Positions 53,272 through 64,000 of a DNA stretch of 64,000 bases are shown in pieces. A model generated the notes under the pieces. The model had not been told where the DNA came from, did no database searches, and was given only the letters and a program-made list of their open reading frames with translations. Numbering within the stretch: the first letter of the stretch is position 1; the number at the start of each line of letters is the position of its first letter. The stretch is from NCBI RefSeq assembly GCF_000181795.1, contig NW_003526941.1:5826099-5890098 (forward strand), read 5' to 3'. This DNA comes from Trichinella spiralis. Lineage: Eukaryota. The translations under genes were made by a program, and so were the position numbers.

Positions 53272-55032
53272 ATGTTGAATGTAATTTGTACAAGGTGTCG
53301 GTTTCATTTGTACCGGTGTTTTTCAAAAGTAAATTACATCGATCGACAGCCTAACAGCCTCACTGAGTTGGGTTATTTCAATGCATCTGTCGGACGATTG
53401 TTGGAGAAATCGCTGGGGTTGAATATCACACACTCATTCGATTGCGATTTGAAAGCGCTCGAGAAAAAATTATCCAAAATATCTGATTTGAATAATTTTC
53501 GAACTTTAGTACCTGAATTAATCCAGTGTGGAAATCAATTTCCATCGGAAGCGTGGTCTTTGTTCGGAGACAGGGTCGTTGGCTATATAGAAACAGCGAT
53601 CGACCGAGTTGACAGTGATGAAGAACTTTCTCGATGGTTGTTACTAATTGCTTATTATTTATCCCCTTCTGATCAACGCTGGTCAACATGTTGTTCCCAT
53701 CTGAGTGAGAACATCGAACGTATTAGCGACGATGCTTTTCTGTGCCTTGTCCACGCATTTATGCTTCGTAGAAGCATTCCGAATAGTATTTTTCCAATTT
53801 TAGATATGCAAATTCGACGTCGTCTGGGCAAATTTTCTTTCGATGATTTGGGATTGATATCGCTCGCTTATTTCAAATGCTGTCGACGATTCCAACACGG
53901 TCACGTTGGGCGCTACTTGGCTGTGCGTTTGGAAAGTCAGTTGACAGCCGTGAATGAACTGCAAAACGTGCCTGTAGCAGCTGTACTCAAACAGCTTCGC
54001 TACGTCCAACAAGGCGACTTGAGCAATTTGTTGCCAGGTATATTGAAACGATTCGCTGAACTGCCATCAAGTAGTTTAAAATTAATAACTTGGATTCATG
54101 CTGCTTATTTTGCCACAAAGTTGTGCTTGTTCGACGAGAATTTTACGAAATCACTTTTCGACAAAGTTCGTGCTAGCAAAGGGGAAATTCGTGCGAAAGA
54201 TGCTTCGGTTTTACTTCATTATTTGGCTATTTTCGATCACAGTGCTGACGGTATGGATCAATTTTTGGTGAACATTTTTCAAACTGATCCAGATGTCATC
54301 AGAAGCGTGATCAAATTTCCAGAAACACTGACATCAGCTTTACGATCAGCGGTCATAAGAGGCTTGTATCCGGTGGAATTGATCGACAGTTGCTTTTCGT
54401 CAGAGTTCATCAGTCGCTTCACAAAACGTCACTATTTTCCATTTTTGGATTATTATTTTCTAGATTGTTCAATGGCAATCGAGAAATCAAATTCTGGACC
54501 AAGGCTGGATTTTAAATATCTGCCGAACATTTCCAAAAATAAAAGCAGCGACATGTACACAGGTATCGACAATGACAGTGTTTATAAAAAAATTCATTGT
54601 CACATCGCAAATGCAGTTGGAAAACGTTTGCGATGTTCCACTGCAGCGGTGCAGTTTTGTCGAATACTTCCGCATTCGTTTGCTCTCGATACTGTCATCA
54701 GATTTCGTGATGGAAATTTCGACATGACCAAGCTACAGTATGAGATCAAAGCTTACAACAAAGAAGAGTTGCTTGTGCCAGCTGATGAGATCCGGATTGT
54801 TTTGTTTGTAGAGCATAATAATCGTTGTCGTTTGCACACGCAAATTCCTCTTGGTCATGTTCAAGCCAGGAAACGGCAAGCGATTCAGCTTGGTTACAAA
54901 GTGATCGAGTTGAACGGCTATGAAATAGCTAGACGACCATTGAATGATGTCGAAACAACCCAGCTGGTCAATGTCATCCAACAGTTTTGTAACAGTAAAG
55001 TCAAATCATCTTCAATAGTACGTGCATTTTGA
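53272..55032 (+). CDS. FAST kinase domain/RAP-domain mitochondrial RNA-processing protein (FASTKD5-like), intronless
   Basis: Basic presequence-like N-terminus, helical repeats (LGLISLAYFK, IRAKDA, GLYPVELI), C-terminal RAP-like PLGHVQARKRQAIQLGYKVIEL. Confidence 0.75.
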   Translation: MLNVICTRCRFHLYRCFSKVNYIDRQPNSLTELGYFNASVGRLLEKSLGLNITHSFDCDLKALEKKLSKISDLNNFRTLVPELIQCGNQFPSEAWSLFGDRVVGYIETAIDRVDSDEELSRWLLLIAYYLSPSDQRWSTCCSHLSENIERISDDAFLCLVHAFMLRRSIPNSIFPILDMQIRRRLGKFSFDDLGLISLAYFKCCRRFQHGHVGRYLAVRLESQLTAVNELQNVPVAAVLKQLRYVQQGDLSNLLPGILKRFAELPSSSLKLITWIHAAYFATKLCLFDENFTKSLFDKVRASKGEIRAKDASVLLHYLAIFDHSADGMDQFLVNIFQTDPDVIRSVIKFPETLTSALRSAVIRGLYPVELIDSCFSSEFISRFTKRHYFPFLDYYFLDCSMAIEKSNSGPRLDFKYLPNISKNKSSDMYTGIDNDSVYKKIHCHIANAVGKRLRCSTAAVQFCRILPHSFALDTVIRFRDGNFDMTKLQYEIKAYNKEELLVPADEIRIVLFVEHNNRCRLHTQIPLGHVQARKRQAIQLGYKVIELNGYEIARRPLNDVETTQLVNVIQQFCNSKVKSSSIVRAF

Positions 55033-55575
55033 ACATAATATCGTTTGATAATAAAAAATAAACTTTCCTTATTCTTTATAAGCAAGCACACTTATATTTT
55101 ATACATTATTTAATGATCTTATTTTTAATTGTATTTTATTTACTAATCTGATGAAAATTGAAAGCTTTACCCATTCACATGAACTTGACCGTCGGAAAAT
55201 CTTATGGTAGAAATTGACAACGGTACAATGAAATCGACTTCAGGATTGCACAGTCAGAACAAACTAGTTACTTCAAACTTGCATTTTTACTGAAATCTTT
55301 GTTCATTATTGAATTGATGTAAGCATATTTCTTTAATGCAATTTACTAATACTTTTTATCTTTTCTATTTCAACAAAAAACAAAATAGGCATTCTAATTT
55401 ATTGCTTGTAAAATACAATTTGAATTCATCCGATACTACATATATACAAAATTCTAGTAGTTTATTGTTGAAATATGAATCGAGGCACTGTTCTCTTTTC
55501 GTAAGCATGTTTCTAAAAAAATAAAACATTAAATAATTACGAATAAAGATAAAACAATTAGTTAGTTATATTAAA

Positions 55576-55644
55576 TGTATCAGCATTTATTATTCAACAA
55601 GACCATTCAGGCGAAAGATGGTAAACAATTCATCATAGACTACA
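55576..55644 (-). ncRNA. Box C/D snoRNA, predicted guide for 28S rRNA Am (yeast Am807; snR39/snR59 and U32/U51 site)
   Basis: Box C ATGATGA (55636-55630), D' CTGA (55610-55607), C'-like TTGTTGA, box D CTGA (55583-55580), terminal TGTA/TACA stem. Guide TTTACCATCTTTCG is complementary to the conserved LSU sequence CGAAAGAUGGUGAA. Confidence 0.88.
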
Positions 55645-55799
55645 GTAAACAAAAGCTAATGCAAACAAAATTATCTTACTAAATTATCTTCGCAAATTCT
55701 TCAGCAGGTCTTTGAGTCTAAAAAATAATCTATCTCAAAAAGTAATAATTGAACTTATTATAAGCTTCACAATAAAACATATTATAATCAGAAAGTAAG

Positions 55800-56084
55800 T
55801 GCTGCTTGGTTACAGAGTAGTCTGAATTGAGTTTTAGGAGAAGCCATCGCACTTAGCACTGCCAGTCGTGAAAAATTCTCAATTGCATCAACCCCGTCTC
55901 AGCCAAACTGGCGTCGTGGACATTTTGTAGAGTTATGCAATACTTTTTCTGGTTCCTTCACGTGCATTTACTACACTTCCCGTCTCGGGAATGAAGTGAC
56001 TTTATCTCAGACCTTCCCAGGAGTGAAGAAGAGCGACAAGCGCTCTTTTGTGACTCCTTAAGCTTCCTTGTCCCCAAGCAGACA
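55800..56084 (-). ncRNA. RPPH1: Nuclear RNase P RNA (~285 nt)
   Basis: CR-I GGGAAGGTCTGAGA (56018-56005), CR-V ACTCAATTCAGACTA (55832-55818), P4 GGTCTGA/TCAGACT, P1 CTGCTTGG/CCAAGCAG, P2 GAAGCT/GGCTTC, P3 hairpin AGGAGT..AGAGCG/CGCTCT..ACTCCT, CR-II AGAAA, P12 ATTGCAT/ATGCAAT, CR-III TGAGA. Confidence 0.93.
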
Positions 56085-56613
56085 ACGTCATAACATTCAT
56101 CATCGATATCAGAATTGAAAACTATGTCACACTAAAAACACTGCTTACCTAATAAAAGCGACCGATCACCAGCATCGCAGTCACATAATGATGCCACATT
56201 TCACAACTGATGAATGACAGTATTCAATAAACTTGAATATCATTATCTTTCAAAGCATTAATGGACGCATAAGAAAGCACCCAAAAATAAAATTTTATAG
56301 TTAATAAAATAAAATTTTTATATTTTATAATATTGTTTGTTTTTTAACTATTACAATAAAGCTGATTATTTGTTACTATTTTACGTTTAATTGCTTATTT
56401 TCATTAAAAGGGAATGAATGTAAAGCGCTATCTTGAAAATAAAATTGCAAATATTTTTTTATAAATTTAAAATTGTTCTACTATGAAAATTTTATTTTGT
56501 AATCTTTCCATTTTTATTTATTTATTTCCTGCGCTCATTTAATTTACTGTTACAGTAATACAACGGGTGAACGAACGATATATGATATTGAATGGCAGTG
56601 TGCAGTCTCACCA

Positions 56614-58365
56614 ATGTTTTTTTCACGGAAAAAAAAGTCTGCTTCGTCTTCAAAACTTCACTCTTCTCCAGATGCAGGCGCTGTCCATGGTATCACATCA
56701 TTGCCTCAAAATTTGCGTATGAAGTTCAAAAGAGGTGTGAACTACAACAGTAAGTTAGTTGTCAATTACAATGTGTATTTACATTTTTTACGTAGAAAAT
56801 TTACAATAATTTCATTTCACGAATTGTCTTTTTTCATGATATGAATATCATTCATTGGTTCTATTTTGGTGTTTGAAAACGAAGCATTTATTGTTTTGGT
56901 AATTTGCTTAGATTGTTGTAGTGAAAATTTTACTCCGTGGCGATCGAAATGTTGGTAAATCGTGCCTTCTGCGACGTTTGCAAGGTGGTCCTTTTATTGG
57001 ACAGTACATCCCGACTGAAGAAATTCAAGTTGCCAGTGTAGAATGGAGTTATAAAACTCGTGATGATGTCATTAAAGTTGACATTTGGGATGTTGTGGAC
57101 CGTAGTAGAAAGAAAACTAGAAATGTGGACAATTTGAAGATAACAAATGATTCAGTTGAGGTAATTTTTTCTACTTTCTCAATGTGATATTTTACTGATT
57201 ATTTCAGATCGTTGAACCGTCATTAGATGCGTCATTTATTGACGTTTACCAAGGCGCGCATGGAGTGGTGCTGATGTTCGATGTTACTAAACCTTGGTAA
57301 AAATAAGATTTTTTGTTCTTCTTATTTCAGATAAACTGTTTTTAATTTTTTAAAATTATTTTTAGGACATGGGATTATGTTAAAACAGAATTGCCCCGAA
57401 TTCCGTCCCACATTCCTGTTCTTGTGCTGGCCAATAAGCTTGATGTTCAAAGCGGACGCGAAGTAGCGGAAGATAGTTGTCGTCTGTTTTTATACGATTT
57501 TGCAAGGTTTTCTATACAAATGTCTTGTTAATAGTTGGATGCTTCATGCTATAATTTGCATACTTTTGCATCTCAGATCATCTCGATCTGCTGTAGTTCG
57601 TTATGGTGAGGCTTCAATGCGCAACGGGTTTGGTTTGAAATTGCTGCATTTGTTTTTCAATGTTCCATTTCTTCTTCTCGAAGTATGTATATGCATAACA
57701 TAAATATTACATATTCAAGTAAACTGTTTTTATTTTTAGCGACAGACACTTCAATCTCAGTTGGATCGAAACACCGAAGAGCTTGATGTTACAATTCAAG
57801 AAATTGATCTGTACGAACAATCACCCGATGGAAACTATTCAACGTAAATATTTAATTGTACAAACGTCGTCGGTTAGTAGACGTTATATTTTGCAGATTT
57901 TTGGAAACTAGAGTTCACGGTAGTAGAAAGTCAACCAGTAAGTTTGATTTTATTGTTTTTTTTTCATTTCACTTGTTTGCTTAATTGTTACATGCTGTAA
58001 CAGTTCATGCACATGAACTATGTGAGCAAGAACCGTGCCCGGTAAGGTCAGTTCCTTCAGTTACTACTGACACGTGCAATGCAGATGATTCTCTGCACGA
58101 GGCGACAAATGTTACTGTAAGCACTAGTGTTGCTGCTGCTGCTGCTGCTGTTACTACTGTGCAGGAAGAAGTGAATGATGATTTGCAGAATTCAGAATTG
58201 AACAACTGGCTAAATTGTGATTCTTCTGAAAAGATCGTTCCTAGTCAGGAACAATTTTATGAATCGGATGATTCAGATAGTCCTAATCCTATGGTTGCCC
58301 AGATTCCAGTCGATTCTTCGGACGAAGAAGAATCAATAGCGACAAGAAGAGAAACAAGAACATGA
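56614..58365 (+). CDS. RABL6: Rab-like protein 6 (RBEL1/PARF), multi-exon; 3' exon structure approximate
   Basis: [73 protein letters not shown], acidic tail with NPMV. Confidence 0.9.
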
Positions 58366-58536
58366 AATCGAGAGTAAAATTTCATTTTTAATGCATTTAG
58401 ATCTGTCCTTCGAAAATTGCAAATAAAATTCACTGTTAGAAAAGAATTACAGCATTTTTGACGTTTAGGAATTATAAAATGAAAAAAAACCAAACCCAAA
58501 AAGAAAGTACTTCGCTATTTTCCAAAGCTCTCAGAT

Positions 58537-59359
58537 TCAAATGGGCTTGTAAAGCAACGTTGTGACGTACTTCTTCCGGAAACGGTGCGTTGCACTGAGT
58601 ACCATTACACCATCTTTTATGGACAAAGCGTACAAATGATTCAGCATGACGTGGTTCGGTTCGGGCAGAACGTTCGGATCACACGATATTGGCGTGTCTT
58701 TGTTGAGAATTACTTGCAGCAAATGTGGTGGCAATACAGGCGGTTGACTGTATTTGCGAAATACTGCTACTTCGGGAACTTCTTGTGTATACGAAGAGTT
58801 CCTGTGAAAACATTCTTCACAGCTGCTGGTGGAATTATCCGTAACCGATTCGGCTTGATCTCGGTCCAACGCGTCGAAAACTTCGTAATCAGACCGATCA
58901 ATGACCAGAACGTTGTTTTCAGAACCAAGCGGATTGTCCGTCTTTGGTAAATTGTTGTCACATATCCAATTGCCATCGACGTAAAATTTGAATTCGTGAC
59001 GCCCTTCCGGCAAATCGACTATGGTAATGAAATCTTCATGACTGCGAACCATCGGAAGCTTTTTCTTCCACCCATCCCAGCTGCCACCGAGACTTACGCA
59101 TTTCGCACTGCCTAACTTGAAACCGATTAAAATTGGTATTCAAAAAAAAGGCAATTCCCTACACACCTGTCCATTTGACAACGACAGGATAACCACCACG
59201 ATCTTTATGATTTGCATCCGCATACGTTTCGTTCTTAAGTCTGGAAATTTTCAATTGCACCGGGCATTGGTCATCGTCGGAATAATTGCCAGCTGCTTTA
59301 CGCACACTGCCATCAGATTCGTGTCGATCACGACGCTGTGAACCTTGAGTATTGCCCAT
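58537..59359 (-). CDS. PRKAB: AMP-activated protein kinase beta subunit; exons 59359-59167 and 59111-58537
   Basis: MGNT myristoylation motif, glycogen-binding domain (GSWDGW, LPEGRHEFKFYVDGNW), PPVLPPHLLQVILNKD, PEPNHVMLNHLYALSIKDGV, KKYVTTLLYKPI. Confidence 0.96.
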
Positions 59360-60517
59360 TAATCATCAATGTAACTGTATTTTTTCTCTAAAAGAAATAT
59401 AAAAAAATGCCTCAAAAATAAATAATCGAAATTTTTTTCAGGTATTGCAAACATTGAAAAAAGCCATCATCTACAATGCAGATGCAAACAGCCAGAAAGT
59501 GTCATCGCAAACACTCGTTTTAGAAGAATTAAGCGAAATACAACGTTTTATCTAAATGCAGTTTCAAAGGATGTAAGTATAAGAATATCGATCGATTTCA
59601 AGTAAACAATTTATTGCAGAGGAAGAATTTTACCAGCAACTGTTTAAATGGTGCAAAAGAAATGAAATTTCACTACTGCAAATCAGCAAAGTGCACATAT
59701 TGGACAATGGTTGCATCTGTGTCAAAGAAACAACTGCTATTATTGCGAAAAACAAATGAAAAACAATCATACTGTACAAGTATAAATTATCAAGTATTAA
59801 ATCGACAACGTCTCGCATTCTTCAATCGATTCTGCACGCGCTTTTCGTTTGGCTAATTTTCAACAATGTTTCCATTGTTGAACATCATGGCATAACGGTA
59901 AGTAATATAATTATTTTAAAAAATTTTCCACTTGATCATTTATTTGTACGCTGTTTGCATTGCAATCGAAAAGAGGAAGTGTAATATTGGTATTTTTGCT
60001 TTGCAATATTTGAAGTTGTTCGTTTTATTGCAATTGATACGTGAAAAGAATTTTCTCATTTTTTAAATTGCTTTTATAAGAGAGATATTTATTTTTCCAA
60101 CTATTCATGACGAATTCAGATCAGTTAGCAATATGGTAATTTTGCATTCGATCATTTTCATGCTCGTTGTTGCACGTTGCTTGAAAGCAACGCAGTGGAC
60201 GTGCAGAAAATAAATGCATTTGCCATTTGTTGATTTTAATTCCGTTTCAAAAAAAATGTATATATATCTAGAGAAAATTTCAAGGAGTCGTCCATTGTTT
60301 ACTAATTTTAAAAGTGCATTGGTGAATGTGCATGCCTTTCGTCACGCATATGCACGTTTGCATGAATAAGCATAAGTAAACTAGTTTGTTGACAAGTTCA
60401 TAAATTTCAGGTTGTAAATATGGGGTTAACGTTTCATAATTACTAGTTTTTCGTAAATGTAACTTCATCATTAGCATCAGTTTTGGTGAATGAGAATTTC
60501 CGCTAGTGTACTAAATA

Positions 60518-63031
60518 ATGCTTACTCTTTTGCTTTTTCTTTCTTTAATAACAATATTTTTTCTTCTACTGAAGTAAGTATTAAGCTTATAACAACGAAA
60601 ATAATTTTCACAACTTTAGTTTACGCATCAGTGCTTTCCGATTACGTAGCAAACTTGGCTTACGAGGCCCGAAACCAAATCTGCTATTTGGAAATGTACT
60701 CGAATTTATTGATCCAAATGTCAAAGTATTGTTTGATGAAAATTCGCTTACTCTACTATGTTGTAAAAATTATAAATTAAAAACTAGTGGGAAGAAGATC
60801 AAAGTGTGCTGTTCAAAAAGCTGAAACGTCAGTACGGTGACGTTTATGGGTAAATTATTGCTTCTTTTACTGTTAAAATTAAATAAAATATTATTAATAT
60901 AGTATTTACCTTGGACCGCAGCTGAACGTTGTTGTTACTGATCTTGATGTCGCCAGAGATATACTGATAAAAAATTTTTCATGTTTTACAGATCGATCGG
61001 TAAATAACAAGGTATAACAGTAGAAAATGTCCGTTTAATTTTGTTTGCCAAATTTTTAGAATATTGCTATATTGGAAAAGAAACCGATGAGCGAATGCTT
61101 GTTTAATTTACGGCAGCAGGAATGGAAAGATATTCGTTCCACTGTTGTTCACACTTTCAGCAATCGAATCATGAGAGAAGTAATGCACGTATTTCAGTGC
61201 AAAATTGAAGCATGTTTTTTCAACAACTTTTTAATTAATTTTCAGATGGCCTCTTCTTGTTTACCAAAAATAATGAAATTTCTGGATGGATTAGATTCAT
61301 ATGCTGCATCTGGTACTGCATTTGATATTTACAAGTATGTCAAAACGGTTGTTCCCATTAATTACATTTTATTTTCGGCCGTTGATTTTCAGTAGCTGTA
61401 TTGACCAATTTAGCTAATGTAAATAGCTGTCGTTTGAAAAGAATAATTTATTCGCAAATACTTGAAAAAATTTAATTATTTCTGTTAAATTTAGATTTCA
61501 TATAGTATTTAGATTTACGCATAATTATAATTAAGGCTGAAAATGGAAATGAAAAATGGTTTTATAATTAATATGATATCTGAAAGCATCTTATAGGTAC
61601 TGACTAATTAATGTCATTTGCAGAATTGTTTTACTGTAATAGGTTTCAAAACACTAATTCCAATGTAATACTGATAGTTTTTGTATTTTAAGGAATTTTC
61701 AGGTTTTGACTGTGGACGTCATTGCTCAGTGCGCGTTTGCTTTGGATTTAGATTTGAATGAATCTCAGAATCGTCAGTTTTTGGACAACTGTAGACAGCT
61801 TTTTGATGGGTATGATTTCAATGAGTCTTGGCTAATACGTCTGTCATGTAAAAAATTATTCATACGCTTTATGCACTGTATGCATTATTGATATTTTTTG
61901 ATGCTTCAGTGATTTTTCCTGAAATGATATGGTTTTTGAAGCCTTTTGTATCGTTTACCAAATTTTCTAAAGCTGAACAACGAATTGTGAACGACTTGCG
62001 CGAAGTTTTGTTGAGAAAAAAGCACTTGAAGGTGTGAAAAGCAATTTCGCACATTCTTGGTAATTTTTGATTTGTTTATAGTGTAAACAAAGCATCGATC
62101 TTTTGCAGTTACTTATAAACAGCAATGAGCTTATGGAGAACAATGAGAGAAAAGTGAGAGAACGGAATTGAGCTTTTTTATTTATTAACTTTTGAGCAAA
62201 GTATATTTTTTAAGGGAACACCGCTGACTGATGACGCGATTGTGGCAAATGCAATGGTGTTTCTGCTTGCTGGTTACGAAACGTCCAGTACAGCTATGGG
62301 TTTTGCCGCATGGCTTTTGGCCAAGCATCCAGAAGTGCAGGAAAAACTTCGTCAAGAAGTAAATGTGAAATTCAACGATATTCAGGTTTGGTGTAATACG
62401 TTTTCATTGGCTGACTGTAAACGATAGATAAATTTCATAGATTGGGCAGGAGTATGATGTTATTCATGATATGCCATATATGAACGCAGTCATGCAGGAG
62501 ACTTTACGATTGTATCCTCCTTTAGTGTTGTAAGTGTATGCTGTAATTTCGCATAAATTTATTCTTTGAAATTATTAATTTATAAGGCTCGTTGTGCGGA
62601 CATGTATTAAAGAGTGTACAATTAACGAAATTCCATTTGTGCCTGGTGTTCAAGTTCTTTTTCCGACTTACAGTATCCATCACGATGAAACCATTTGGCC
62701 CGAACCAGATCGTTTCCTTCCAGAACGGTATACGTTTTATTATAAATTGGAAAATGGCGGTATATGTTGCTGATTTATTGAATATTTCAGTTTTATTGGT
62801 TCCGATTGTGCTCATCATCCAATGGCATGGCTTCCGTTTGGAGCAGGACCGAGAAACTGCATTGGCAAACGATTCGCGGAAATGCAGTTCAAAATTACTA
62901 TGGCACATTTGTTGAAACGTTACAGACTTCATCTTTCAGAAGCTGAATCAGAAGATCCGATTAAACTGAAATGCAACGGTGCTACCATTCGACCAAGAAA
63001 TGGCGTTGTAATTAAGTTAAGTCGTTATTGA
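60518..63031 (+). CDS. Cytochrome P450 (CYP3-clan-like), multi-exon
   Basis: N-terminal TM anchor [43 protein letters not shown] (I-helix), [12 protein letters not shown] and heme motif [11 protein letters not shown]. Confidence 0.93.
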
Positions 63032-64000
63032 ATTCACTGCCTGATGTAATGCAAAATTTCAACTTCAATTATTTACTTTTCAAACTCGTCAAATCGTAAA
63101 CTGAGTCACTGCCAAACAAAACTAAAAACTACTTACACGCATATTTGAAAAATTATTTGTACTTTTGCATTGTCCAATTGTTCAATTTCTTAGTAACAGG
63201 CAAAAAATTATGTTTGCATTGTTCGTGAAGAATTTCTGTTGAAATTCTCAAAATATTAAATGTTTTGCTCAGTCATATTTAATTAAATAAAACTTGACGT
63301 TGACAATGGCTAAATTTGACGGCTCTTTTTAAATGTAATTATTGATTTGTTTATTTTCGGCGATTTCATTTTTCGTAAATTTGAACTCTCAAAGCGTTTT
63401 CTTCCAATTCAAATTCTTTCGGAACTTTATTTCGATTAGCTATACAGTACATTACATTAATACAATCAAGTTGTGAATTTTGATTATCGTTGTAATTTGA
63501 AACTTACATGAACCAACAAAACTAATTATTAAAAATTCGTAAATTTGAAAAATAAAGCTTCACTTTAACAAATTCGTATCAGTTGATTATGTAAAAATAT
63601 GTATACTATAATGGACAATAGTTTGAAACATTTCAGCAGTAAATTCTAGATATAGCATTATTTGGGTTTTGTTCAATGTTTTTACTTGTATTTGTAAAAA
63701 ACATCTACTACTACTACACTGTAAACTGAAGTAGTTTGCTCGCAAAGAAAGCGCTTTATTGCTAATAACATGTAACGTTTAAGAAGCAAAAAAAACAGTA
63801 ATTTGAAGAAAATTTTAATTTATATAATAAGGGATGAAATATAATAAAAATTATCAAATCAAATATTGCTAAAAGAAGAATAATAAAGCTCAATTGCTTC
63901 TTTCATTATTATACATTGTCAGTGTATTCCATTTGTTACTATATGTAAAATAATATTTTATATCATGTATTAAATATTAATTGAGCAATTGTCTTCGGGC

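Larger units (their letters stand above)
55400..56280 (-). ncRNA. Putative non-coding spliced host transcript: exon 1 ends 56149; intron 1 56148-55718; exon 2 55717-55680; intron 2 55679-55513; exon 3 from 55512, AATAAA at ~55461
   Basis: Donors AG|GTAAGC and A|GTAAGA, acceptors TTTTTTAG; stops in all frames across the spliced exons; each intron contains one recognisable small RNA; outer ends are approximate. Confidence 0.6.

Noticed and set aside
55800..56084. RNase MRP RNA as an alternative identity
   Set aside because: The P4 strands read GGAAGGTCTGA/TCAGACT (RNase P type) rather than GAAAGTCCCC, and CR-II, CR-III and P12 are present

Overview
AT-rich eukaryotic genomic DNA with short (mostly ~50-60 nt) GT-AG introns and four assembly gaps. 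A transthyretin-like TTR-52-family gene points to a nematode; the compact layout suggests a Trichinella-like clade I species (inference). Recognisable genes: VPS41 (5'-truncated), FIS1, TCTP, TRAPPC2/sedlin, a secreted orphan (plus a partial duplicate), PIKfyve/Fab1, MLH3, a 7TM receptor, a 4TM protein, a TTR-like protein, ATG3, eIF2B-epsilon, a classical PTP, a FASTKD/RAP protein, RABL6, AMPK-beta and a cytochrome P450. The region 13-27.7 kb is a large inverted duplication whose inner ends carry a GAAGGTAAGT minisatellite. The main find is at 55.4-56.3 kb (minus strand), invisible in the ORF track. An apparently non-coding spliced host transcript carries a nuclear RNase P RNA in its first intron, bracketed by a perfect box C (ATGATGA) and box D (CTGA). 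Its second intron carries a C/D snoRNA matching the 28S Am807(yeast)/U32-U51 site. This suggests an RNase P RNA matured and end-protected as a C/D snoRNP. Exon boundaries were read by eye and no database searches were run.
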